Source of the DNA: Cetorhinus maximus
Taxonomy: Eukaryota
Assembly (NCBI RefSeq): GCF_964194155.1
Contig: NC_135884.1
Location: 57,908,001-57,972,000 of the forward strand
Direction: 5' to 3'
Length of the DNA: 64,000 bases
The notes under the pieces were generated by a model. It was not told the DNA's origin. It did not search any database and saw only the letters and a program-made list of their open reading frames with translations. The position numbers and the translations under genes are program-made. Positions 39,271-52,162 of the stretch are shown piece by piece. The stretch's first letter is position 1. Every line of letters begins with the position of its first letter.

Positions 39271-42200
39271 TGTTATGTTCTTTCTGTCGGGTCGTTTTGC
39301 TCACGAACACGGTTACACGCCTATCGACTGGTGAGTGAGTTGGTTAATGATATACTGCAGACGCAGAGACCAATATAAGATGAAGCACATGTTGTTTATT
39401 AACACAAGTAACAGGGCACTAACACAATGTGTGCTTCTCTAACCAGACCCTATTCTAGACTACTGATTAACATTGTAGCCCCCGCTACACAGCAATTGGG
39501 TAATATAATCATGTGGTCAATCTGCTCACATTCCCTTAAAGGTGTATTGAACCTCATATTACCACATTCCCCCCTCCCCGCCACCCCCCCATTTACTTGA
39601 AAGTACAATTTACAATCTTTACAATATATCAACTATTTACTTAAATAAACTATTTACAGGTTCAGTCTCTCTGGAGGCTTCTTCAAACGTGTTTACGACT
39701 TCGGATGGTTTATCCAAGGCCTCCCTCTCAGGAACCATCTGTCTATTAGGCTCTCCAATAGGAACCTGTAAGTTTGTCTTTTCGACTTTCTCAGGCTCAA
39801 CAGATCCTACAGGCACTTCCAAACTAAGTGGATTCCTTCCAATGTGGTGTGGACTCCAAAGGGAATGCTTGGCGCATCCTTTTTCATAGATAAGTTTCCC
39901 TTTTCCTGAGATGACCTACATGTCTCCTAATTATCGGACCTTCAACCAATATGTGATAGGAAAGGCATCCTATCTCTGCACCAACTTCATCTCTTAGCCA
40001 TTTGGGCCCATCTCCAAAGTTCTTTACAAAAACTGTGTCTCCAACAGTGAAGTTCCTTTCACGACTGTGGTAATTGTGTTCATTTTTCTCCTGACTTCTT
40101 TCTACCCTCCCCCCTAAATTCGGCCTTATGAGACACAAACATGTCCTGAAACATCTCTTCATCAATAACTGTGGGGGCAATACCAGTGGTCGTATGTGGC
40201 ATAGTGCTATAGCTGAGTAGGAAACGTGATAATTTTGTTGCAATAGAGTCTCTATCCAGTTATTTCATTCTGGACTTGAAGGTCTGGACTGCCTTCTCGG
40301 CCATACCATTGGATGCAGGGTGGTATGGCGAGGTCTTAAAATGTGTTATGCCAGTGAGACTTGCAAAGCTTTGGAATTCTTCACTGGTGAATGCCGTTTT
40401 ATTAGACACTATTATCTCTGGTAACCCGTGTATCGCAAAACTCTGACGCAACCTGTCTATGGTGGCAGCAGATGTGGGTGATCTCACCTCGTATACATCC
40501 ATCCACTTCGAGTGAGGAAGTAAGAGAAACATTGTGCCCAAAAAAGGCCCCGCGCAATCAACGTGGAGGTGGACCCATGGCTTTCCTGGCCATTCCCAGG
40601 GACACAATGGAGCAGAAGGGGACAAATTCTGTACCTGTTGGTACTGTATGCAGCTCTTGACTAAGCTTTCGCTTTCTGTATCCATCCCTGGCCACCAAAA
40701 GTAGCTGCATGCCATCATTTTCATTCTAGAGATGCCGGGGTGAGCACTATGCAATTCGGTCAATAATGGCTTTCTTCCTCTCGGGGGCACAAGGACTCTT
40801 GCTCCCCACAGCAAGATGCTATCCTGGCAGGTGAGCTCATATCTCCTATTAAAATAGGGTTTCAATTCATCAGCCTTCGGCTCATTAGACCATCCCTGTA
40901 AGCCTTGTTCCCTTACATGAGACAAAACTGGACCGTCGTCTGTCCACTCTCTTACTGGTTTGGCATGTACTGGCGACAAATCCAGAAAGTTTAATAACAA
41001 GACAAGTTCTTGAGGAATTGAGACATTCACATTGCTGTCTTTTAGAGGTAATTGGCTCAGTGCATCAGCATTTGCAATCTGGCTTCCCGGCCGGTGGTTA
41101 AAAGTATATCAAAAGCAGCTAGAATCAGTGCCCACCTTTAGATGCATGCAGAGGAAATTGGGGGTATTGTCTTATCTTCCCCAAACAAGCCTAGTAGTGG
41201 CTTGTGATTGGATACAATGGGGAAGTCGCGACCATGGATGTATTGGTAGAACTTCTTAGCACCAAATACAATGGATAAGCCTTCTTTCTCTATTTGTGAG
41301 TATCTTCGTTCTGCCACGCTGACTGTTCTTGAGACGTAACCAATGGGCTGTTCGGGCCATCTGCCATCCGGTGGGAGAGTACTGCCCCTACTCCATGAGG
41401 GGATGCATCGCAGGTCAAAATGAATTCTTTCTTTGGGGCAAAATATACCAACAGGGCCGATGAATGTAGCAACTGCTTTACTGCCGTAAAAGCCTGTTGT
41501 TGTGGAGCTTGCCAAGTCCACCTGTGGTTTTTCTTGAGTAAACCATATAATGGAGCCAGTATTGTTGACAAATTTGGGAGAAAATGGCCATAATAGTTAA
41601 TCATTCCCAAGAAGTACCTGAGTTCGATGGTGATTTTCAGTGCTAGTGCCTCACGAATAACTCTCACCTTTTCTTCTACTGGTGAAGGCCCTGCGAGTCG
41701 ACCGAATGACCCAGGTAATCCACTTCTTTTGCTTGGAAGATACATTCTTGTCTTTTCAAGCATACTCCGGCTTGTGGGAAATGCTTCAATACCTCTTCCA
41801 GTTTAGCCAGGTGTTCTTCATTAGTTAATCCTGTTACTAGGACATCATCGAGTTAAACCATAACATGGGGCAAACCTTGAGGTAAATTTTCCATTGTCCG
41901 TTGGAAAATGACGCAAGCCGATGAGACTCCGAAGGGTAACCGGGTATATTGGTATAACCCCCTATGTGTGTTGATAGTCACAAAATCCTGAGAGGCCTTT
42001 TCTAGCTCGGCTTGCTGGTAAGCGTGGCTCATGTCGAGCTTCGTATATGCGGTTTCCCCCTGCCAGCTTGGAATACAATTCATCAATTTTCAGTATAGAA
42101 TGCCTGTCTATTCTGGCCACTTTGTTAACTTGTCGTCCCTGCATATTTGTACGCTCTGGTCAGGCTTTAGTACTGGAACTATGGGTGCTGCCCATTTAGA

Positions 42201-42950
42201 AAATTGTGCAGGTTGCAAGGCTCCCAACCTTTCCAGCCTGTCTAATTCGACATCAACTTTTTCTGTAATACCTAGGGGACTGGCCTCGCCTTCAAGAATC
42301 TGGAGGTTGCCCCAGGATCCATGTGGATTTTAGTTTGCAGCCCCTGAATCTTCCTGAACTCTTCCCTGAAAACAGATGCATATTTCTGTAATAATTCTTG
42401 CAGGTCTTTCATTCTGAGTTGAAAAATCTCAGTCCTCTCCAACTTTATTTCCTTAAGCCAGTTCCAACCAAGTAGACTTGGACCTTCCCCTGCTACCACT
42501 ATTAGGGGTTAATTGACAGACTGATTTCCATACTGTACTGGAACCTTGCATATACCTCTTACTTTCATGTCTTCACCAGTATACATCTTTAATTTAGCAT
42601 CTGAATTTCCCAGATTTAATGAGTGGTCTCCTCCATTTAGATATTTGAACGTATTTTCCCCTATAAATGTCGTGGGTGCCCCAACCCATTCAGATGGGTT
42701 TCCCGTTGACTTCCACTGTCACGTATATTGGCTGTTTTACCCATTTTTAAGTTGTGTAGCGAGTAAATATAAGACTCTATTTCTTCTGGTTCCTCTATTA
42801 TGTGGATTTCACAATTTCTACCTTTCTGCTTAAAGTTTTGTCTTAATCTGCCTTTAAAATATCGCATAATGTACCCATTACAATGGCAGTAGAAACATTC
42901 GATTCTTTTATATTGCCATTCACTTGCAGGCTCATCCCTCGTCGGTACCG
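39271..42950 (-). mobile_element. Ty3/Gypsy LTR retrotransposon (PR-RT-RH-INT), 5'-truncated and decayed
   Basis: 3' LTR 39271-39566 (TG...CA) with PPT 39567-39580; integrase ORF 40260-41030 (HSAHPG, HVDCAGPF, SPYHPASNGMAE); RNase H LTCDASPHGVGAVL; RT TRLPFGVSSA. Confidence 0.93.
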
Positions 42951-44530
42951 TCTCTCAGGAATTAACATCCTTCCTAAAATGTGGTGTCCAGAACTGAACA
43001 CAACATCTGGGATCTACTCAGTGTTTTCTGAAGGTTTAGAACCATTTCCTTGATTTTGTACTCTATGCCTCTTTTAATAAAGCCAAGAATTTCATATGCT
43101 TTTTCTAACAGACTTCTAAACTTATCCTGCCATCTTCAGAGATCCCTTTCTTTCTTGAAAGTCTTGAGTCTTTCTTGAGTCTTTAAAATTGCACCATTTA
43201 AGGTCAAGTCTTCCATGGAGTGGCAATCACCGTCAGATTGCCACTCCGCTCCTTTTTGCTTATATTAGACTGGAGCTGCACTTTACTCACCCGGACTTCC
43301 AACCCAGGCCTGCTGAGAAATGTGCAGTGCAGCTGCTCGTGGAGGCCTTCAGTGCTGTGCAGGATCATTGGGGAAGTGAAGCCACACCCACCCCTTTTTT
43401 ACAGGACTAGCTGCTGTAAACTGGTCCCAGACATTTTGAGAAGCTAGGAGAGAAGGTAAGTGTGTAAGGTAAGTGGGTAGCATGGGTTGGGGTCGGGGTC
43501 TGGTGGTTGGGGAGTGGGGGGTTAGTTGGGGAGTTGGGGGGTAGTTGGAGGTAGCCGGGGTGAGGGGGTGTGGGGGAGGTTAGGTGATCAGGTGGGGGTG
43601 TGGGGGGTAGCTGGGGGGCGAGGGGTTTAGTTAAGGATGTGGTGGGTTGGGGGCGTAGCTGGGGGATCCAGGTGGGGTTCAAGGGGTCAGTAGTATAGTT
43701 ACCCAAGAGTTAGAGCTGGTTTTAACCCCCTAATATTTCCTGGGTAACTATTCTACTAGAACCATCCGAAATCTCCAATGTTAAATCGGAGTTTCGGAGG
43801 GTTCCAGACGCAGGGTAACTCCGTAACGGAAGTTGAAACATCCCGGGCAATTGCTGTGCAGTCCTTGCATAGGGACTTCCATGGGGTCTCACAGAGCATC
43901 CTCTGGGGTACCTCCAGGGTACAACCCTCCAGGAAATGGAAAGTCTGGGTGTTAGATTATATTGTCTCTCCTTAGTCTTCCCACAAAAATGTATCACTTC
44001 ACACTTCTCTGCATTAAATTTGATCTGTCATGTCGCTGCCCATTTTAGTCTATGTGAGTTGCTGCAGGGCATCGTGGAGATGGTATAAATCTAAAATAAT
44101 ATCTCTCAGATACTTCCTTACATGGAGGAAAAGCCAAGGTTTCTCCAGGTATTTCCTCAGAATTACAACCTCTACATTAAGGGCCGGTATTGTGTCTTAT
44201 CTCTGCTCCTGCATTGTGTCTTAGTGACTACAACTACACAATGTATTACATAGCCTGGATATGGCTCCCTCTGTGTTGTGCCTACTCTTTTGGCTTTATT
44301 GTTCTACATTCTGTTAGTTTTGATGATTGCTGCTATGCACAAGTTGGACTTGTTGAACATTGAAGCCATTTCATCTGTAGCCATCTGAAGAATACAAATT
44401 GGATACACCTGTTGCCTATTTTTCCTTTCAATGTGTGGTAGTTTCCATTTGTCCATGTTAAATGGCATCTACCATTGTTGAGACAATCTTACATATTTTG
44501 TCTAACTTATTTTCTAATTTCTGAGCTGCT
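42950..44530 (-). mobile_element. Decayed CR1 fragments (interrupted)
   Basis: tccagaactgaacaca, cacttcacacttctctgcattaaatt and similar motifs match the CR1 at 4060-4340. Confidence 0.6.
43201..43951. mobile_element. Harbinger-like non-autonomous element with G-rich core
   Basis: TTA on both flanks (43198-43200, 43952-43954) inside a CR1; degenerate TIR ttccat/atggaa; G-runs at 43480-43690. Confidence 0.6.
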
Positions 44531-45246
44531 GGGCGGTATTTCATGGAGGTGATGGGGGTCTCATCTACTGGCCAGAGAGCCAGTGAAAGCCCTGCATTTA
44601 ATGGAACACACACCATGTTAATTGACACTTAAGTACTTAGCTGGACAGCAACGGGATTTTCCCGGGATCAAGGATCCCAGAGGCAGAAGTCCCACCTGCC
44701 GAGAGCCACTGGCCAATCAGAGGCCAGCAGGTGTATTGAACAGCAGTGACACTGGGGAGCCTGTGGATACTGCCAGTAATGCACCCATCAGAGGCCTTAG
44801 TATCATCACTGGGTAACAGGCCACAGTTGAGTGATGGCATAGGTGTCGCCGGGTGGGTGTAGTGGGGGAAGGGTCTGAGGGGAGGTCAGCAGAAAAGGCA
44901 GGGGGTGACTTTCAGCAGCAACTGCCCCTCCCCCCACCACCCCCATTTCCTGATGCCAGGTCCCTTGATCAGGAAACGCCACACAATTTTGCTTATCGTG
45001 GTACCCGCATAGCGAGCACCTTCCCCCGCCCACTGCTGGGTTAATAACAGTGGCAGTGGAATGAGACCTTAAATTGGCACTAATTGCCCACTTTGGAACC
45101 TCAGTTGGCAGTGGGGTGTGAACGGTATCCATGGCCTCCCCACCACAGATGTAATTGGGGTGGAAGCTGGAAGTTGGCAACACCGACCTGGTTAAATGGC
45201 CCCCTGCCACCAAACTCGCCACGGGGGAAGGTGTTAAACTCCACCT
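44531..45246. mobile_element. Harbinger-like MITE (diverged)
   Basis: gggcggtattt...aaactccacc ends; GC-rich with taattg motifs like the other MITEs. Confidence 0.55.
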
Positions 45247-45439
45247 GTTGCCTCTCCCAGTTGACAACTCTGGAAGGTGTCAAAGCAGACCTGCTTCCTT
45301 TCCTCAAATATTTTCAACATTAGAACACTTTCCAGCAGGTGTTATTGGATAGTGATCAGGTGTGGAAATCCTGATTTATTTGTCCTTCCCTATCCCAAGA
45401 ATGATCACGTTGATTCCAATAGCCTCATTTGTGGGTTAC

Positions 45440-46252
45440 AAGTAGCAGGATAGCCATGCTACTGGACTAGTAATCCAAAGATTTGAGTTCATATCCCACC
45501 AATAGCAGCTAGGGACTTTAAATGCAATTAATTAAATTAATCTAGAATCTGATTACAAGTGCCATTAATATTGACTGTGAAAGTACTGGACTGTTGTAAA
45601 AAAATTCTGGTTCACTAAAATAGGAAGACTTGCTTTTCACAACTACTAGGTATCTCAAAGTGCTTCAATGAAGTACTTTTAATGAGTAGTCACTGTTGTA
45701 AAGCAGGAAACACAGCAGCTAATTTTGCGTACAGCAAACTTCCACAAACAACAATGTAATAATGACCAAATAATCTGTTTTTATGATGTGGATGGAGAGA
45801 TAAAAAATTGGCCAGGGCACCTCCCCTCCTCTTTTTCAGAAGCGTGCCATAGAATCTTTCACATTCACCAGATTAGGTCTTGGTTTAAAATCTAAAAGAC
45901 AGCACCTTCAATAAGTGCAGTACTCCCTCAGTGCAGAAGTGGAGTATCAGCCTTGATTTCTGTGCTCAAATCCTGAATTGGGACTTGAACCTAGAACCTT
46001 ACAACTCAGAGGCAAGAGTGGTTCAAGCTGAGCCACAGTCAACACACAAATGCCCTTCAGCTGAAATTCTGCTTCCTTACCTGATCTGGTGATTTTGTGA
46101 CACCAGGTCCACAATGTAGTTTACTCTTGATTACCCTCTAAGATAGCCGATTCAGGCATTCAGCTGCATTCAAGAAGACAGTTGATAACCATCTTTTCAA
46201 GGGCAGTTAGGGATAAATTTGCCAACAGTGTCCACATCTTGTGAATGAATTA
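45440..46252 (+). mobile_element. tRNA-derived SINE with CR1-group tail, split by a DeuSINE
   Basis: Head tactggactagtaatcca...gagttcatatccc; tail gggcagttaggga...tgaatgaat matching the 16105 LINE tail. Confidence 0.6.
45625..46045 (-). mobile_element. DeuSINE-like element
   Basis: Collinear with 23000-23458; B-box-like ggacttgaacc on the reverse strand. Confidence 0.75.
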
Positions 46253-46259
46253 ACAATAG

Positions 46260-48280
46260 CAACAACAATCTATATTTATATAGCATCTTTAACATAATTA
46301 AACATCCAAGCGCTTCATGGGAGCATTATAGAATGAAATATGACACTGAGCCACATAAGGAGGTATTAGTTCAGACAACCAAAAATCTGGTCAAAGAGGT
46401 AGGCTTTACGGAGTGTCTGAAAGGAGGAAAGTGAGAGAGAGAGGTGGATACTTGCAGGGAGAGAATTCCAGAGCTTAGGGCCTAGACAACTGAAGGCCAC
46501 CAATGGTGATGTAATTAAAATTGGATTCCCAACAATACAAAATTAGTTGAGCGCAGCTATCTAAGAGGATTATGGGACTGGAGGAGATTGCAGAGATAAG
46601 AAGCTAGGAGAAAGGTCACAGACGGATTTGAAAACAAGGATGATGATTTTAGAATCAAGATTTTGCTTGACTGGGAGTCCACATAGGTCAGCAAGCACAG
46701 AGGTGATCGGTGAATGGGACTTGGTGTGAGTTAAGACACAGGCAGCAGTGTTCTGGATAACCTCAAGTTTACGGAGTATAAAATGTAGAAGGCCAGCCAT
46801 GAGTGCATTGGAATAGTCAATTCTAGAGGTAACAAATATATGAATGAGGACTTCAGCAGCAGGTGAGCTGGAGTCGAGTGGTGAAGTTGAGTGACGTTAT
46901 GGAGGAAGAAGTAGGCAGCTTTAGTAATGGTGCGAAGATGAGGTCAGGAGCTCATCTTGGGGACATATGACACCAAGATTGTAAACAGACTGGTTTAGCC
47001 TCAGACTGTTGCCAGGGAGAGGGATGGAATTGGTAGCTAGGGAACAGAATTTGCAGCGGGAGCAAAAACAGTTGCTTCCGTCTTCCCAATATTTAATTGG
47101 AGTAAATTTCTGCTCATCCAATACTGGATGTTGGTTAAACAATCTGATAATTTAGCAACAGTTGAGGAGTCGAGAGAGGTGAATGTGAGGTAGAGCTGGG
47201 TGTTGTCAGCATACGAATGAAAAATAACACCTTGCTTTTGGCTGATGTTACCAAAGGGCAGTATGTAGATGAGAAATAAGAGGGGCCCAAGGATAGATCT
47301 TTGGGGGACAGCAAATGTAATGGTGCAGGAACGGGAAGGAAAACCATTGTAAGTGAAACTCTAGCTAGGATTAGAAAGTTAAGAAAGGAACCAATTGAAA
47401 ACAGTCCCACCTAGCTGGATGATGTGAGGCATTGGAGGACGATGGTGTGGACAGCCATGTCAAAGGCTACAGACAGATCAAGAAGAATGAAGAGGGTAAC
47501 TTGTCTTTGTTACAGTCACATAGGATGTTATTGTGAATTTGGTAAACTGTTTCAATACTATGGCAGGTGCAGAAATATGATTGTAAGGATTCAAACGTGG
47601 AATTCTGGGAAAGATCAGCATGGATTTGGGAGGAAACAATGAGTTCAAGGATATGGGAGAGGAAAAGGCCGTTGGAGAGGAGGCAGTAGTTTGCAAGGAT
47701 GGTGGGGTCAAGATTTGTCTAATTGAGAAGAGGAATGATGATGACAGATTTAAAGGAAAGAGGTACAACGCCTGAAGAGAAAGAACCATTAACAATATTG
47801 GCTAACATGGGGATCATACAGGGGAGCTGGGTGATCAGCACATGAGTGGGTCGAGGGAACAGGGGGTGGGTCTCAGGGACGAGATGAGTTCACATAGGGC
47901 ATGAGGGGAGATAGGAGAGAAACTAGAGAAAGATGTGAGTTCAGGGATAGGGCAGGGAGAAACTTTAGAGGAAGTTTGACCAGCTGATCGGTTGGTTACA
48001 ATCTAAGTGTCAAAAGAAGTCCATGCCCTCCTTGAAAATGTTGTTGGAGGTGACGGTGGAGGGGACGGGGAGAAGTGTTTCAGAAGATGGATGAAGTAGA
48101 GGAACAAAGCCGGGGGTGGGGGGCGGTTCTTTGTATTCCGAGATGATCCTGGAGTAGAGAGAACTTTTAGCAGATGAAGCAGGACCCAATAATGCTCTAG
48201 GTCATTCATCCAGATCTGGTGATGAATGGCTAAACCAGTTGTCTGCCATATCCTCTCAAGCTTCTGTCCCTTAGAGAATA
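46260..48280 (-). mobile_element. L2 LINE, decayed RT region and 3' end
   Basis: Minus-strand remnants KLEVIQNTAACVLT, a YADDTQLY-like motif (47190-47215) and a DLSxAFD-like motif (~47460-47480); L2 tail at 46260. Confidence 0.85.
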
Positions 48281-48824
48281 ATGTTTTTATTTAAAAAAAG
48301 AACTACCACCATCAAGTGAAATCAGCTAGGGGAATTTATCCAGGGAACATTTTGGTTTATGTGCCTCAGGGCCACATTCACCCACTTAGGGATTTGGTGT
48401 GCTGGGGGTTGGGGGTTGAGGGGCAGTGGATGGGAAAAGGAGACAAGGATCATTTAGAGACTTACATGGATTATAGTATATACTTCAGAAATACAAATTA
48501 ATTATTCTGTCCACCATAGGATGCACTATATACATAAGATTAAGAAGCTCATTTATTTAGGGCTGGTATTGTACATCTCAGGCTCTAGTCCTGTACATAC
48601 TGTAAACATGGGGTGAAAGATGCCCATTGACTCAGGACTAATAACCCACATCTCTGGAACAAACCTCTATGATTTGAGCTTGAGCTTTGTGTGCAGAGCT
48701 AGTGATGGTATAAAAATCACAAAATTATAAAATAAGTAAAACTTGATAATAGGAATTTTTTTTCTCCCTGAGATTGCCAGATATACCAGTTAATGCTTAT
48801 TAACATAAAAGAACACAAAAAGGA

Positions 48825-48940
48825 AAATACCGCAGAGGCTAGAAATCTGAAACAATGGTGCCAAATCTGAAATGTCAACTGATTTGTGCACTCTGAGCAG
48901 ATGCTGCCTGACCTGCCAAATGTCTTCAGCATTTTCAGTT
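48825..48940. mobile_element. Degenerate Penelope-type terminal fragment
   Basis: aaataccgcagaggctagaaatctg and agatgctgcctgacctg motifs shared with 17240 and 25132. Confidence 0.5.
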
Positions 48941-50313
48941 ATTACACTATTAGCAAACTGAACTGGCTGACTAGTGGCTAGGAACAGGATTGAAGTTGTT
49001 AGCACAAGGACAAATAAAAAGCTGTTCAAATGCTATGGGGCACGTAATGGTTCCTGAACCAACTGGGATCATAGAATGCCATTAACCAGAGGGGCAACAG
49101 GGATAGGGTAGGGTGAAAGTTAAGAGAGGTAAGATTTACGCTTGAGCCAAAATAAAAATGCTCAGGAGAGAAAATGGGTTCTTGGTTGTCTATGGTTTGT
49201 TGGGGCCTGTTCTCATTCTTCAGGTGAAGGGCTGTGAAGTTGAAGTTTTGTTCCTGGAATTCCATGTAATGGTGAGTCACAGAACAGCAGTTTTATTGCA
49301 ACATGTAAAAGCACGGTGGACAGAGTACAGCAACCTCCTGACTACAAGCTATGTAGTGCCACATGTGTGCCAGTGGGAGGAAGAACTCTGTGTAATGACA
49401 AAACATCAGTTTTGTTATTTAATTCAGGAGAATTCTATGAATATCAGAATTGTGTGATGCTTTATGTTTATTTAATTCCAAATGTTCACTGTTGCAAAAT
49501 GATTGAAAATAATGCTGCAGATACAGTCTGGATGAAATCTGCCCACACACACTGAGCAATGTACTTAGAGCTACTGTACAAAATAACAGTCACAATGTGA
49601 TGAGACCAGATTCCTCAGGCGAGGAGTCTACCATCAAAATGCAGCAATAAGTAATCACTTTGTGTGTGTGGGTGGGCTTCAACTGCTTAACTGTCATGAA
49701 TAGCTACAGAAAACCATTAGAATTTACACAACGAATTTCTGCACCCTTTATCTCGGTATGATCTTGACTAGAGGAGAGAAAGTCCCTCGATGTTGTAGCC
49801 TTGAAACTCTGTTGGCCCTCCATGCCTCTGTCAGTTGAATTCCTGGTCCTTATTTTCCCATCCCTCCATTGACTTACCCAACTCTACATTCGTGATCTCC
49901 TCCAGCCTTATCTCCCTGCAAACACCTTCTGCTCCTTTCAACTCTGGGATTCTCCTTATTTCTCTCTCTCTCTCTCTCTCTCTCCTGCCTCCATCATTGC
50001 TCAGTACACATTCAGCCATTACACTCACATCTAGTAGAAATTCCTATCAAGTTCCTTCTAGCTTGTCAACTCCCTCATCATTTTAAATAAAAATGCTCCC
50101 CATGTTTTTCATCTGTTCCTTTGATTCCATCCCCTATCATAACTCTACACATCTTCTGTTTCTGTGTGACACCTACATCTTCTTGCCTTTCTAATTCTGA
50201 AGCACTTTGAGACACCTTCTTGTATATCATTTGTTGTTATGAGTGCCCGTTGAAAAAGACCGAGGGGGAGGAGGGAGGGGAATGCTGTGGTCCATGATTC
50301 ATGACAACATCTA

Positions 50314-51421
50314 AGGGCAGAACTTAGTGAAGACTCTGGGATTGGGAAACATGGTGAGCATGGGTGAGTTAATCAGGCGGGAGCCAAAAGGTCAAAATCA
50401 TGATGTTGGGTTTTGAATGAGAAATTAAGTTGTTGGCATGGCAATGTTGGGTTGGGCCTCACACTGTTCAGTGGCAGCTTCTTACATTTGGATGTCATGA
50501 ACACGAACTACATTAAAACTCTTTGAAATTAGGTCCTACCTTCAAGATTATATCAGCAATGCATGAGAACCTCATGCCACCTAGTCCATGTTAATTTAAA
50601 GGTAGCGTGTGCCATTTGGCTTTATACAGTTGTGTCTGAGGTGCACAGTTGCCTTGGTTGAACTCTACAACACAAGGGACAGGGACAGGACAATGGCAGC
50701 TTATATGGAGGGTCAGGACCGGCAAGGTTAAGTCAGAGGTGAGGGGGATGGGAGGTTCAGGAGGGGACAGGAAAGAGTGGAAGAGGGCTCCAAAGAAGGA
50801 CAGAGGGTGGGGTCGGGGCATGGAAATGTTCAGTGGAAGGGACCTGGCATCCTGGATGTTGTTGGTGGGGGGGGCATTGAGGCCATTCAGTGTAAATGAA
50901 CAAAATAAGGGCCCTAAAGGGTAGTGTCACTACTGTCCACATGTGGGTCCAGTGGATTAAACTCAAGAGTGCTGCTGGCAGAGGGAACATTCACAGTTTG
51001 ACTTGGTTGGGCAATAGGTCCAGTCTGAGGTAGGGGTATTTAAAGGTCTTATAGTGCGGATCACTGAACTTAATGGAAACACTAAGGATGATGTGTGGAG
51101 GGTCTCAGAGCAAAGGAGGAATGGGGTAGGAATAGGGGAGGGAGATGGCCACTTCCACAATGACAGGGTCCAGGGTGATGGGGGAGGTTCAAGGGTTACA
51201 GGGGGAAGGTGCACAGCGATGTTGGGAGGGTCAAGGATGATGCGGACAAAGTTGAAGGTGACAGGGGAAGAGTGGAGGGCCACGGGTTGCAAGGTGAGTG
51301 TCACTAGCACACTGTATTTTTCAAAGCTCACCTGTCAGGAGTGCAGATGCAAGTGGGAGGAGGCCTATGTGGGCTGGGTGGAGTTTAGAGTGTGGATAAT
51401 AGGAAGAATGGAAAATCTCAC
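50314..51421. mobile_element. Probable diverged Harbinger-like non-autonomous element
   Basis: Begins gggcagaactt; G-rich interior; ends ggaaaatctcac. Confidence 0.4.
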
Positions 51422-51832
51422 TGCTCAGCAGCTTTATGGATGAAACCCATGGACACAGAGGTTCTTATATCATTGTCTGCCTTTTTCACACTGATATTTC
51501 AGTCTACTCGAGTCCGGGAATACTGACCACTGTTTGTTCACTTTTAGGCGCACCTCCAACTTCTTTCTGGGGTTTGGCTTTTTTCCTCTGGGAAAGGCTT
51601 GACAGTCCAACACATCCCTGAAATGAAGCAACGTTGGGAGTCCTGGTCTCTCAGCTATTGTGGATCTCCCACATATGCTAACAATACTATGGATGCTCCT
51701 GGTAAATAAAGACATATTAGGGGAAAAAAATCTTGAAAATTTCACTCCCAGTATCTTAGGTTAAATGTGTCCAACCACTCCACATAGACCGTAGATTTAA
51801 AGATTCCCTCTAGACTCAGGGATTAAGAATTG

Positions 51833-52162
51833 TGTGGTGATTATGGTTTTATGTAATATGTAGTATACATTTAAGAAGGGGGTTATAAAGGAAGATCACA
51901 TGATCTTATGTAACCAATTGAGGAGTAGCATGGGCTACCTCTGTAGTCAGTAGTCTGAGTTAGTAAGGGGAAGTATAGAGACAGGGTTTGAGTTGAAAGC
52001 ACACAAGTGTAGCTATTGAGTACCTTTGTAAATAAACAGAATGCGTTCCTCCTAAGAAACGTCTGCTGATCAACTCTGTCTATTGTACCAACTCGGCCAT
52101 CCCAAAATAAGCGTGCAACCCGGATTCATAAGTCCCAACAAACTGGTGACCAGGATCCAACA
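51833..52162 (+). repeat. 5' LTR
   Basis: tgtggt...caaca; direct repeat of 56388-56706. Confidence 0.93.
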
